Origin: Pelagomonas calceolata
Lineage: Eukaryota
Assembly (NCBI GenBank): GCA_918797485.1
Contig: CAKKNE010000003.1
Span: forward strand, 3,472,001 to 3,536,000
Direction of reading: 5' to 3'
DNA: 64,000 bases
Position numbers and translations under genes: made by a program. Positions 30,186-40,641 of the stretch are shown piece by piece; positions within the stretch are counted from its first letter, which is position 1; each line of letters opens with the position of its first letter. The notes under the pieces were generated by a model that was not told the DNA's origin, ran no database searches, and saw nothing but the letters and a program-made list of their open reading frames with translations.

Positions 30186-32316
30186 CGGGTGTTGAGGGAG
30201 GCTCGGGTATAGACTCATCGGCCTTTTTGGGCAGGAAATCATCATCAAGCTCCTCGGGGACGGGCTTGACGAGCCACGACGACACCAACGTCACGCCGCC
30301 GAATTTCTCCAAAAAGTGCACGACCAGAAAGCAGACGAGCGAGAAGGCGGGCGCCAACATACTATCCAGGCCCGTCCAGTCCTCCAACCGACTCTGCTCG
30401 CACTGGTCCGAGTCGCGCGACCACTTGTCCGCCTCCGGCACGTCGAAGAACGTCGGGTACAAGGAACTCTTGGGCCTGCCGTAATCCAAGAACTCGTCGC
30501 CGCCGAAGGGCGCGATGAGCATGCCGTCCTTCGGTAACGAGAACTCGAGGATGATGCGTAATAACGAGCCGCCGACCATCGCGGCGAGACCGGCCGTGGG
30601 CGATGGAGTTTTACAGTAGCACGCCCCGAAAATGGGCACGACGCAGCCCGCCAACACGATGTCGAACGCTACGACTAGCAAGTAGCCCGTCGTGTCGGCC
30701 TTGTAGCACGCGATGAGGATGGCGGCGACCGTGCACGGAATGCCGAAGAACCGGGTCAACGTCAATTTATTTTTGGTGGTCACCAAGTCCGCGTCGAAAT
30801 GCTTGGGCAGGAAGCGCGGCAGGTTCGCGAACAAGTTGTGCGAGGCCACCGTCGACATGGCGAGGATGGCGCCGTCCGAGGTGGACATGCTGGCGGCCAC
30901 GATGCCTATCAAAGTCCAGGCCCCGATCACGTTCGGGGCTACTTTCGTGAGCACCCTCAACACGGCCTGCTTGTCCGGAATCCACTGCGCGCACGTCGGG
31001 AAGTCGATGGCCCGGTGACACGTGTCGGCCTCGAACTCGGCATGCATGGAATCGGGCCCGTAGTAGTAGCGCGCGACCCCGCCCATGAGCGCGAAGGGCG
31101 TCGCGACCATGATTCCTAGGATGCCCGCCATCAGACATCCAATTTGTGCTATTTTCGCCGTCTTCGCGGCCATGCAGCGCGCCTGGAAGTCGAGGGCGGC
31201 CAGGTTTCCGAACGCGAGGATGAAGACCGTCGCCCAATTAAATAAAATCGCGTTCGGGAAGGGCGTCAGCGAGTGCGGATTGAGCATCTGGTTGCCGCCC
31301 TGTTCATTGACTGAATCAAAAATGCGGGCGTCGCCGCCCTTCCACCAGTACGCGCCGTTGTCCGCCCGACAGTTGTCGTCGGAGGGGCACCACTTCTCGG
31401 TGTTGTAGCAGCACTTGGCGGCGTCGTTCTCGCACGGCACGCCGTCGTACTTGTCGCACACCCGTTGACCGAACGTGTCCGGGTACGTGTAGCCCGGGAA
31501 GCCGATCGAGTCCGGCGGCGCCTTGTTCCCGTGATGCGCCGCCCACAACGCACACACGGCCACGCCCAACAACCCGAACATAGCTTGCGCGCAGTCGGAA
31601 TACGCCACGCTCACCAAACCGCCGGCCGCCGTATACAGGAGCATGACCAGGCCCGATGTTACGATGCCGGCCTTCAACGGCACCGTGGGATACAGATAGG
31701 CTAAAATCTTGCCGCACCCGACCAAATTACCGGCGAGCAATGCGATGAACGACGCCGTGCAGATCAACGACCCCAGAACCTCCGTGAGTCTCCCGTACTT
31801 GCGCGCATACAAATCGGGAAGCGTCAGGAGCTTCATCTCGTTGATCGGCTTGGCTAAGAAGAGTCCGTTGAGAATTAATGAAAGCCCGAGGCCGATCGGC
31901 AACACGGCGCCGTCGTAGAAATGGTACCAATACGACAAGTCCGCATTACCTAATACGGCGTTCGCGTCGATGCACTGCGACGCGAGCGTCATCACCACGA
32001 TCGGTAGCGGCAGTGTCCGTCCCGCGACGAAGAACTTGGCCGTGTCGCCGCCGACGTAGTAGGACGCCACCAAGCCAATGGCGCAGAAGGCGGCGACGGC
32101 CATCGCGACACTGCGTCCGTAGAACTTCGGCGCGTTCTTCGGGTCGTGCGGCTGGGCGCAGGGCAGGCCGCAGACGTCGAACTGGCAGCAGCTGCCTTCC
32201 GACGGCATGAACTCCAATCCCGTGATGCCGAGGAACTCGTGCTCCAAGGCGTCGGACGAGAGGCACTTCGCGGAGGCTCGTGCGCCGAACGCGAGGAGGA
32301 GCGCTACTCGTGCCAT
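30070..32316 (-). CDS. Sodium:solute symporter (high-affinity choline transporter-like) with Cys-rich extracellular inserts
   Basis: FFVAGRTLPL, LTLPDLYARKYG, GGLVSVAYSD, FQARCMAAKT and AASMSTSDGAILA motifs; signal peptide. Confidence 0.9.
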   Translation of the reverse strand: MARVALLLAFGARASAKCLSSDALEHEFLGITGLEFMPSEGSCCQFDVCGLPCAQPHDPKNAPKFYGRSVAMAVAAFCAIGLVASYYVGGDTAKFFVAGRTLPLPIVVMTLASQCIDANAVLGNADLSYWYHFYDGAVLPIGLGLSLILNGLFLAKPINEMKLLTLPDLYARKYGRLTEVLGSLICTASFIALLAGNLVGCGKILAYLYPTVPLKAGIVTSGLVMLLYTAAGGLVSVAYSDCAQAMFGLLGVAVCALWAAHHGNKAPPDSIGFPGYTYPDTFGQRVCDKYDGVPCENDAAKCCYNTEKWCPSDDNCRADNGAYWWKGGDARIFDSVNEQGGNQMLNPHSLTPFPNAILFNWATVFILAFGNLAALDFQARCMAAKTAKIAQIGCLMAGILGIMVATPFALMGGVARYYYGPDSMHAEFEADTCHRAIDFPTCAQWIPDKQAVLRVLTKVAPNVIGAWTLIGIVAASMSTSDGAILAMSTVASHNLFANLPRFLPKHFDADLVTTKNKLTLTRFFGIPCTVAAILIACYKADTTGYLLVVAFDIVLAGCVVPIFGACYCKTPSPTAGLAAMVGGSLLRIILEFSLPKDGMLIAPFGGDEFLDYGRPKSSLYPTFFDVPEADKWSRDSDQCEQSRLEDWTGLDSMLAPAFSLVCFLVVHFLEKFGGVTLVSSWLVKPVPEELDDDFLPKKADESIPEPPSTPVKPKAPAVLPKADEEAAAEPVHKAVDEESAEGRGCAVA

Positions 32317-32382
32317 GGCTTCCCTTGCCTTGAATGAGTCTTGCGTGCGTGCCCGCTTAACTATTGAACGAGCTGGCGCAAC

Positions 32383-32664
32383 TGTGGGGCAGCCTAAGGC
32401 GGCTGTGTCGGGGCCGCAAGGCAGCCCGCGGGCCGTCAGCAGCCTGTCGGCGGGGGTCTCCGCGCGATCGTCGCGTGCGGCACGTCTTCGTGCGCCGTGC
32501 ACGGCGCTCACGAAGCTTTTTAACAGGCCTCTCGCAACCAAAGCTTGCAGTCGGGTCGCATTTGCACGCGCTGCTCGGGACGGGTAGGGGGCGCTATGGA
32601 GGCGTATGGAAACGTGCGAATGCTCCCTCCGCGGCTCGCGGTTCAGGAGCTGCTTTTGCTCTCC
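32383..32664. repeat. ~280-bp dispersed upstream repeat, copy 1
   Basis: Aligns by eye with 37465-37752, including the identical block GTCGGGTCGCATTTGCACGCGCTGCTCGGGACGGGTAGGGGGCG. Confidence 0.85.
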
Positions 32665-32892
32665 GCATGCCAGACTGGCTGGCTGCCCCGTCGACGCTTC
32701 GCCGCGCCACAGCCGCCCTTGTGCAGCCCATTCTCGCCGGCTGAGCTTGGTGTTTGGTGTACGTAAAAACACGCGGACGCCACCGCGCGACGCCGTCGAC
32801 GCGGGAAAGCTCCGGGCTAAGACACAGCAGCTTGCAAGCCCCACCGCGGCACCGGCCGCGCGCGACGCCGTCGACGCGACCGGCGTCGCACG

Positions 32893-34638
32893 ATGCGGGC
32901 TGCAGGGTCGGCGGCGGCGGGACCCGCGGGCACCAAGGCTGCCCCAAGGCCGAAAATCACTGACCAGGGGCTGTCGGACGACGACCTGCACGAGGAGTAC
33001 GCCTGGGCCTTCGTGTTACATAATCTGGTGCCCTTCGCCGACAAGCTTCTGGGAATCGCCGGCGCGATGGACCAGCGCCCCCTCTCCATCTATGATTGGC
33101 CGCTGCGCCTGCCCTTCATCGTCTGGGCGGCCGCCCGACCGTCTTCACAAATGGCGGTGATGGTCGCCCACGTTGTCAACGTCATATTCTGGGCCGCGCG
33201 CATGCCGGCCGTCTGGGACTACATGTGCTGGGTCGCGCTGACGGAGCTGACGTATATCGCGGCGGTGTTTGGATGCGCAAAAAACCAGGCCCTGATGCGG
33301 GGTCGCTTCCTGCCTTCAGTCAAGGCGTTATTGATCACGCTATACTTCTCCGCGGCCTTCTGGAAGCTGACGACCGGGTTCCTCGACCCCAAGGTCTCGT
33401 GCGCGGCCACGCTCGTCGCCGAGCTTTCGGCCGCATTGTTCGGCGCCCGCGTGCCCGCTTCATCATCATTCGCCCGCGGTTTGTTGGCGTCGGCGCCGGC
33501 GCAGATTGTTATCATAGAGTTCCTCGTGCCGTCCCTATTACTCGCGAAGCACCGATCCGCGGTGCCCGTCGCGCTCGCGTTCCACTTCCTCATCAACCTC
33601 ATGCCCGTGACCTACGCCGGCGGCTTTAGCATCGCCATGTGCTGTAGATTGGTCCTGTTCCTCCCGGGGTCGCTCCGGGCCGCGTATGATGCCCCGGCGC
33701 GGCCCGCGGCCCGGCGTGCGTGCGTGCCGCTGGCGTTTTCAGCATTATTATATATCTACGCGCACCGGGCGGCCTTCGACACGGCCGGCCTGCTCTTCCT
33801 GGGGCTCGGCTGGGCCTATTTATCGAGGGCGCTCTTCGAGGAGGCCCCTGAGATCACCGGTTCCGCCGACGTGACATTAAGGCGGCGCGCCGTCATTGTT
33901 GGAGGAATAGGCTACGGCTTCCTGGCGCCGATCCTGGGACTCATGGCCATGGCGTCGAGCACCATGTACGGCAACGTAAGGCAGTTCGACGGCGTGGGAG
34001 GGAACCATCTGATCGTCCCGACGGGCCTCTTGCAGAAGTGGTGCCGCGACAGTCGTTCAATGCTGTGTTCTGGCTTCGGCGGCGGCATGGTGCGGTTGGA
34101 GCGGAAAGGGACGTCGGGGTCGGTCTTCGACGAGCTCTACTTTTTGGCCGACATCACGCACGAGCAGCCCCCCTATGCTCGAAAAATGCTCGACGCTTCG
34201 AACTACACGGGCCGCTACTTCGAGTTCTACGCGGCGCGGAACTATTTTGATCGTGGCAAGGACCACGGCGCCACGGCGCTGCACAACGAGAAGGCGGGCG
34301 ACGTCGCGCCGACGGCGCCTCCACTTCCGCCGCCTTCCTCAATCGCGATGCCGGCCTACGAATTACGGCGGGCTTTGAGGCTGGCGCGGCGGCGCGGCGA
34401 GCCCTTCTCCGTCAAGTACGTGCCCCTTTCTTCTTCACTACCCTCGGCGTGGGCCGTTGAAAAGCCCCCCAAAAAAAATTATGTGGCCTACGCGTGGCCT
34501 TCCGGAATATGTAGAGGGAGTTGCGGCGCCGACGCTTTGGTCCATTTGCCGCGCCCTCCCCTACTACTCCTGTCCTTGTTGCATCCGTACCCGACGCCAT
34601 TACTGGGCGACGGCGACGAGCCCCACTGCACGACCTGA
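32893..34638 (+). CDS. Multi-pass membrane protein, possibly HTTM-like; start uncertain
   Basis: Long ORF with many hydrophobic helices. LYFSAAFWKL..GFLDP and ALAFH..I resemble HTTM-domain proteins. Confidence 0.6.
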   Translation: MRAAGSAAAGPAGTKAAPRPKITDQGLSDDDLHEEYAWAFVLHNLVPFADKLLGIAGAMDQRPLSIYDWPLRLPFIVWAAARPSSQMAVMVAHVVNVIFWAARMPAVWDYMCWVALTELTYIAAVFGCAKNQALMRGRFLPSVKALLITLYFSAAFWKLTTGFLDPKVSCAATLVAELSAALFGARVPASSSFARGLLASAPAQIVIIEFLVPSLLLAKHRSAVPVALAFHFLINLMPVTYAGGFSIAMCCRLVLFLPGSLRAAYDAPARPAARRACVPLAFSALLYIYAHRAAFDTAGLLFLGLGWAYLSRALFEEAPEITGSADVTLRRRAVIVGGIGYGFLAPILGLMAMASSTMYGNVRQFDGVGGNHLIVPTGLLQKWCRDSRSMLCSGFGGGMVRLERKGTSGSVFDELYFLADITHEQPPYARKMLDASNYTGRYFEFYAARNYFDRGKDHGATALHNEKAGDVAPTAPPLPPPSSIAMPAYELRRALRLARRRGEPFSVKYVPLSSSLPSAWAVEKPPKKNYVAYAWPSGICRGSCGADALVHLPRPPLLLLSLLHPYPTPLLGDGDEPHCTT

Positions 34639-34763
34639 TCTTGCACATAGCTCTTGTATATAATTGTTCACAGCTTAACTCCCGTCCGCGACGCCACTAG
34701 TTAGACCTTCGATTTAGTATGCACCTCCTACTAGTAAACACCGTGGCGCGACGGGAGGACGAC

Positions 34764-35720
34764 TCACTTGGTCTGCGCCTTGACGCCCTCGATGCGCGCT
34801 CTAATAGCGGCCTGGTCGCCGAGGTAGCGCCCCTGCAAGGGAGCGATCGCGTCCGGCTGCGGGATCGGCTCTTGGGCGTCGTCGAACTCATACACGAGAG
34901 GCGTCGCCGTCGGAATGTTCAGCTCCGTGATCTCGTCGTTCGGAATGCCGTCGAGGTACTGCACGAGCGCCCTCAGGGAATTCCCGTGGGCCGCGATCAA
35001 CACGTCCTTGCCCGCAATTAATTCAGGAACGATGACATGCTGCCAGTACGGGACCACTCTCGCGGCAGTAGTAGCTAACGATTCGGTCGTGGGCATGACA
35101 TGTTTATCTAACTTGGCGTACTTGGGATCATTCCCGGGCCAGTGCTCCGAGGACTTGTCCGAATCCGGAGGAGGAATATCATACGAACGTCGCCAGACCG
35201 TCACCTGCTCGATGCCGTGCTTGTCGACGGTCTGCTGCTTGTCCAGACCCTGGAGGCCCCCGTAGTGGCGTTCGTTGAGCTGCCACGCCTTCGTCACGGG
35301 AATCCACATGTGGTCCGTCTCTTCCAGGGCGTGGTCCAAGGTGCGGATGGCTCGCTTGAACGTAGACGTGAACGCTACATCAAATTTGAACCCTTCGGCG
35401 GCGACCAACCTGCCAGCTTCCGTGGCCTCCTCGTGGCCCTTCTCGGACAGCGGACAGTCGTACCAGCCTGCGCGCGAAGACTGCTTTCGACGGCGTGGGA
35501 GGCGGGCCCGCTTGCTCTCGCGGCTGCTCGACGGCGTCCGATCGGCGTGGAGGCCTCTCGTCTAGGACGAAGAAGAAGGCCGCTTACGTTCCGCGCCGCG
35601 ATCCGCACCAGTAAACTTGTTCTCGAGGTTCCAGGTCGACTCGCCGTGGCGCATCATGACGACCGTCGACTTTTGCCGCGCGCCGCGGCGCAGGGCGCGC
35701 TGGGTCGCGCGGAGCAACAT
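34764..35720 (-). CDS. gpmA: 2,3-bisphosphoglycerate-dependent phosphoglycerate mutase with mitochondrial-type presequence; intron 35468-35618
   Basis: MLLRATQRALRRGARQKSTVVMMRHGESTWNLENKFTG|WYD, LNERHYG, WRRSYD and AAHGNSLR. A GTGCGG..GCAG intron restores FTGWYD. Confidence 0.92.
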
Positions 35721-36065
35721 CGCTACTGCCTGGAGTTGCTGGAGTTGCTGCTTTCCACGAGCGCTGCGGTGCAGCGAGGTCCGGTTTCCGGGGTGGACGC
35801 GCTCGGGATGAGGCAGCGATCACTACCAAGTTTCACGCGCGAGATGTGGCAATCTCAGCTAATCTCGCCGTATATGATGGTCAACACAAAGGCGAGACGG
35901 GTTTTTCGTCCGAGTCGTCCGCGCAGCCGTGCATGCCGCCCGGGACGCCTGCGACCGCCGAGGCCTCGGGGGGCAACCCGCCCGCGGCACAAACCCATCA
36001 TCTCCGCGAGGCTGAGTCTCGCCGCCGCTGCCCCCGCGAACGACGCCCGGGCGAGCGCGGCCGCC

Positions 36066-36719
36066 ATGATGTGGGAGCTCCTCGGCGAGGGCCGGAGGCT
36101 GCTCGAGGACGGTGAGTGGAGACGGCAGCCCCCCCGCCTCGCCTGAAAGCCTTCTCCCTGACAACCAAGCGCGGCGCCCGCGGCCGGCGCGGCGGCGCCC
36201 CGCGCCGGCGCGGCGCGGCGCGGCGCAGGGGCCTCGCGGTCGAGCCGCTGCGGCGCGCTCGCTCGCGGTTGCCCCTCGCGACGGACCGCGGTTGCTGAGA
36301 CGCGCCGAGCGAGAGCGACGCGAGTGGCCGCCGCGCCCGCGCCGTGGGCCGTCCGGCCCGCCGCGCCGCGCGAGCGGGCGACGCGAGGCAATCCCCCCTT
36401 AGCTCCCGCCGCCGTGCAAGACGCGAAAGCCGCGCGACGAGCTCACGCGCCCCCCGCCCCCGCAGACCGCGACGACGACCCGAACTACAACGCCTACGTG
36501 ATCCAGGCCGCGGCCTTCTTCCTCATCGCCGCGCTGGGCCTCGTTTGGACCGTCTGCGCCTGCTACGAGTGCAAGAAGTTCACGGACTGCTGCTGCCCGA
36601 ACCCGGAGTGCGGGCCCTGCGCCTGCGTCGAGTGCCTGCCGGGCTTCCGGCCCGACGCGAGCGGCGACGCGAAGAAGACCGACGGCGCGGGCGCGGTCGA
36701 GATGACGGAGGAGGTCTAG
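36066..36719 (+). CDS. Small single-pass membrane protein with Cys-rich cytoplasmic tail; intron 36112-36465
   Basis: GTGAGT donor at 36112 and CCCCGCAG acceptor at 36465 join in phase, giving MMWELLGEGRRLLEDDRDDD...TM...CACYEC..CCCP. Confidence 0.65.
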
Positions 36720-37001
36720 GTTTGGTCGTGTAAGGCCGGTTATATATACTCCCGGCCTCGGTGGCGCGTCCCGTGACGGTGCGAGGAACCGCGCGTCGCC
36801 GGGGCGTTTTTGCGCCTCCGCAAGCCCGCGGGGAGTCACGAAAAACACTCCTGCGTTCGCGACATTGCGCCGACGAAAGACGCGAAGAGTTGTCATCGGA
36901 AGGAGCTTGAATTGCTGGGGTGAGTCGACGTCGCCAATAATAGGCCCGTCGACCCGTCGAATTGCGAGAACGCCCAAGCCCTCGCGCGCGCCCGGCCGGA
37001 T

Positions 37002-37433
37002 TCAACCCCCATGATTGTAGTTCGGGAGTGGTGCTAGGGTGCGGTCGAATTCGAGGCGGCGCGCGTGTGCGGCGCGCTCCTCGAGAAGCCGCGTCGCGGC
37101 CGCGCCGGTCATCTCCGACACGTCGACGTCGTCGACCTTCGCGAGCTTCCAGCCCACCTGCACCTCGCCACGCAGCGGCGACAGCGCGGCGAGGCCCGTG
37201 ACCGTCGGCGGCGCCGTGGTCGCGTCGAAGAGCAGTCCCGCCTTCCCGGCCGGCGCCGTGACGGTCGTGGAGCGCTTCGCGCTCCACGTCGCGTACTTGT
37301 ACTGTCTGTAGATGATCAAGCCAAAAAATATGAGGACCGCGGCGCCAATTACGACGAATTTTATGACCTCGTTGCCCTTGTTCGCCGCCACCGCCGTCGG
37401 CAGCAGCGCGAGGACAAGGGCGCGCGGGCCCAT
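37002..37433 (-). CDS. Small membrane protein with PDZ-like domain
   Basis: Signal-like N-terminus, TM helix, then APAGKAGLLF...SPLRGEVQVGWKLAKVDDVDV. Confidence 0.65.
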   Translation of the reverse strand: MGPRALVLALLPTAVAANKGNEVIKFVVIGAAVLIFFGLIIYRQYKYATWSAKRSTTVTAPAGKAGLLFDATTAPPTVTGLAALSPLRGEVQVGWKLAKVDDVDVSEMTGAAATRLLEERAAHARRLEFDRTLAPLPNYNHGG

Positions 37434-37464
37434 CTCGGTCGACCGGTGACACAGCCCGAGGTGA

Positions 37465-37752
37465 TGTGGGGCTGCCCAAGGCGGCCGTGTAGGGCCGAAT
37501 GGCAGCCCGCAGGCCGTCAGCAGCCGGTCGGAGGGGGTCTCCGCGCGACCGTTGCGTGCGACAGAGATTCGTGCGCCGTGTACCGCGGTCACGAATTGCG
37601 AGAGGCTGTTTACAAACCTTGCATCGGGGTCGGGGTCGTCGGGTCGCATTTGCACGCGCTGCTCGGGACGGGTAGGGGGCGAGACGGAGGCGTATGGAAA
37701 CGTGCGAAAGCTCCCTCCGCGGCTCGCGGGCAGGGACCTGTTTTTGCTCTCC
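37465..37752. repeat. ~280-bp dispersed upstream repeat, copy 2
   Basis: Homologous to 32383-32664 and abuts a CTAG motif copy. Confidence 0.85.
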
Positions 37753-37754
37753 TG

Positions 37755-37778
37755 GCTAGTGTGTTACAGGCCGCTAGT
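37755..37778 (-). promoter_or_regulatory. CTAG-bounded upstream motif copy
   Basis: GCTAGTGTGTTACAGGCCGCTAGT between divergent genes. Confidence 0.65.
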
Positions 37779-37964
37779 TAGCACACGAGCCGCGCAGCGT
37801 TTTACGGGCAAAGGCGTGCGCTATTTGCATAACCGGTGCCTGCTGAACAACCGACAGCGATCACACAGCAGCGATCGGCAGCGAGAAAGCGATAACGCCA
37901 CGCTCGGCGTAATAAAAAACCCATCCAGCCCAGCACCAAAAAAATACAATACAAACGCGCAGCG

Positions 37965-39866
37965 ATGGCCGAGGACCCGCTGACGACGCCCGCGGTCGCC
38001 GGTGAAATCGTCGCTGGCGAGGGCTCCATCATCAACGACGCGCGCGCCGCGGCGCAGTACGGCCGCGCCGACGAGATCGCGGCGTTCCTCGACGACGGCA
38101 AGCTCACGCCGGACGCCAAGGACGAGGACGGCTGCTCGTTATTGCAGTGGGCGGCGATCAACGGGCGAGACAACGTCGTAAGGCTCCTTTTAGAGAGAGG
38201 CGCGGACTGCAACGCCGTCGGGGGCGTTTTGGAGGAGAACGCTCTACAATGGGCCTGCCGGCAGGGGCGGAGCAGCTGCGCCGTGTTGCTCCGAGAAAGC
38301 GGCGGGGACCCGACGCACCGCGGCAAGGAGGGCGGCACGGCCGTGCACCTCTGTTGTCGGTATGGCCAAGTGGCCATCCTAGCTTTCCTCATCGCGCGGG
38401 ACGACGCCCCGCCATCGGTACAACGAGGCCTCGTCGACTTACCAGATGGAAATGGGATGACTCCTTTAATGGTCTGCTGCGAGTGGTACTGGTCGCGGCC
38501 GAAGAAAGCGTTGGATTGTTTGCGGTTGTTACTAGCCTTCGGCGCTTCCGCTACTTTTGCGGATAAACAACAACGGACACCACTCCACGTCGCCGCGAAG
38601 CGAGGCGTGGAAGCCAAAGCTCTGGAATTGCTGATCGAAAAAGGCGCTTCTTGTGAAGCCGAAGACAGTGAGGGCCACACCGCCGCCAAGGTCGCCGAGC
38701 AGGCGGGCCACTCGAGTTGTGCGCGGCACATCCGCACGCTCGCTTCGACATCGTCCAAAAGGCGGCCCTGGACGACGGCGCGGAAAAATGAGGATGTGGA
38801 GGCTCCTCTGGTGGAAAGGATGGCACCCTTGAAACCCTTGCCGTTCGCTGTTGAGTTGAGGAGTGGTCCATTAGCTTGTAGGGACGCTTTGTACGGTCTC
38901 GGGACGCCCTGTATTGTGCTATTGGGCGGGCCCTCGCTCATCGCGAGGTACGGCTGGCACGTGGGGATGGGCTGTTCGGTCGTCAGCGCGTTCTCCTTCG
39001 CGTTTCTCGCTCCCAGAGACGCGCCGCGCTACGGCCACTGCGGCTTCGCGGTCGGGTCGGTCTTGGCCATCGTGCGGTCGTTTTTCCTCGTCGAGGACGT
39101 CGGAATTGGTCTGGTCGTGTTGTACGCCGTGCTTGTATCTTGTTTATTGGGTGCGCTGGGCATGACGGCGCTGTCGGACCCCGGTATGCGGCCGCGTCCC
39201 TTTACGTCGCGTCGATGGCGTGGCGACACCGACGCCACCGGCGCGCCGTCGCGTCGGCTCGCGTCGGCCCCGACGCCATCGACGACGCCATCGCCGCGAC
39301 GGAGCGAGCGTCGGCCGCGACGCCATCGACGCCACGCAGGTGTGGTATGTGCCGACGACGACCGCGCGGCGAAGATCGTCGACCTCGCGCGGCGCGACCG
39401 CTTGAGCGAGAAGACGTTCTGCCCGACGTGCCTCATCCAGCGGCCGGCGCGCGCGAAGCACGACCCGACGCTGAAGCGGTGCGTGCGCCGCTTCGACCAC
39501 TACTGTCCCTTCGTCGCGACGGTCGTCGGCGAGCGGAACTACCGGTACTTTTATGCGTTCTTGGTGTTTTGTGTCTTGGCGATATCCTTACACTTGCTAC
39601 TCGTCCTACCTTTGGTGAGGTTATGTGACGACGTCCAGGGCAAATACGTCTGCCTCTTCCCCGCGAAGAACGCCCCGGTCTTCATCGGCACTTTATTAGC
39701 AATATTGCACGACGTCTGGATCGCCTGCATGCTCATCATGCACTCGTCGCTCGTCTGCACGGACCAGACGACCTACGAGCAAATGCACGGGAAAGAGGGC
39801 GACGAGTGCTCCCAACAAAATTGCCGGAAAGTCCTCTCTCCGGAACCCTTAACAGAAGATTCTTAG
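37965..39866 (+). CDS. Ankyrin-repeat DHHC(DHYC) palmitoyltransferase (Akr1/TIP1-like); in-frame intron 39184-39339
   Basis: Ankyrin repeats, then FCPTCLIQRPARAKH..CVRRFDHYCPFV...GERNYRYF and TTYE. Removing 156 nt (GTATGC..GCAG) gives SDPGVV. Confidence 0.92.
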   Translation: MAEDPLTTPAVAGEIVAGEGSIINDARAAAQYGRADEIAAFLDDGKLTPDAKDEDGCSLLQWAAINGRDNVVRLLLERGADCNAVGGVLEENALQWACRQGRSSCAVLLRESGGDPTHRGKEGGTAVHLCCRYGQVAILAFLIARDDAPPSVQRGLVDLPDGNGMTPLMVCCEWYWSRPKKALDCLRLLLAFGASATFADKQQRTPLHVAAKRGVEAKALELLIEKGASCEAEDSEGHTAAKVAEQAGHSSCARHIRTLASTSSKRRPWTTARKNEDVEAPLVERMAPLKPLPFAVELRSGPLACRDALYGLGTPCIVLLGGPSLIARYGWHVGMGCSVVSAFSFAFLAPRDAPRYGHCGFAVGSVLAIVRSFFLVEDVGIGLVVLYAVLVSCLLGALGMTALSDPGMRPRPFTSRRWRGDTDATGAPSRRLASAPTPSTTPSPRRSERRPRRHRRHAGVVCADDDRAAKIVDLARRDRLSEKTFCPTCLIQRPARAKHDPTLKRCVRRFDHYCPFVATVVGERNYRYFYAFLVFCVLAISLHLLLVLPLVRLCDDVQGKYVCLFPAKNAPVFIGTLLAILHDVWIACMLIMHSSLVCTDQTTYEQMHGKEGDECSQQNCRKVLSPEPLTEDS

Positions 39867-40192
39867 CCCTCCACCGCCTTCTCGAAGGCCTTCACGAGCA
39901 ACCCCAGCACGTCGTCCTTCGACGGCTGCTGCCCAATCACTTCGGCCAGACACTTGGCGATGATCTGCGACTGGTCGTCGGGGATGGCCACGTTGGGCTT
40001 CTTCAGGGATGATCTATCTGGAGATAAAGGGTCGCCGTCCTGCAAGCTCTTCAAATAGTCGAGTATACACTCGCAGCAACGGTCGGGCTTTGGTTTCTGC
40101 ATCCGCACGTAGCAGATGGCCGGGTTGATGACCGGGTCCACAATTCTACTCATGTAGTTTTGTGCCAGGGCCCGTGCCTCGGCCTTGCCCAT
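39863..40192 (-). CDS. Small hypothetical protein (Dpy-30/RIIa docking-domain-like)
   Basis: MGKAEARALAQNYMSRIVDPVINPAICYVRMQKP..., with coding-like codon usage. Confidence 0.5.
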   Translation of the reverse strand: MGKAEARALAQNYMSRIVDPVINPAICYVRMQKPKPDRCCECILDYLKSLQDGDPLSPDRSSLKKPNVAIPDDQSQIIAKCLAEVIGQQPSKDDVLGLLVKAFEKAVEG

Positions 40193-40641
40193 GGTGGCGG
40201 CGTGTGGGCTTGTGTTAATGCTCTCCTTGGTGTGGAGCCTCCCCGGCGGCGTGAACGCTGCCCTTTCTCGCTGCGGCGCTGCTTGGCGTAGGGGCGTATT
40301 TCTTCGTGGGGTGGAGTCCAGGCACGCGTGTGTGCGCCGCAAAGACAGCCCCAACTTGGTGCGCTGAGCGCTAAATACCCGCACGCTACCGAACTCGAGC
40401 GCGCCCCCGCGGCGCGTTACGACGTAAATCGATGGCGCGCGACGGCTGGCCGCCGCGAAGACGTCGCGTCGATGGCGTCGCCTGGCCGACGTGAGGGAGC
40501 CTCCGCGCCATCGAGCTGACACGAGGTCGCGGCGATGGGGCCGTCGACGTGGGAGCGACGATCGTGGGCGAGCCGTGGCTAAGAAGGATACACGTCATAT
40601 AAGCAAGCGCCCCCACCGCGCTACGCGCCCGCCGTCAACGC

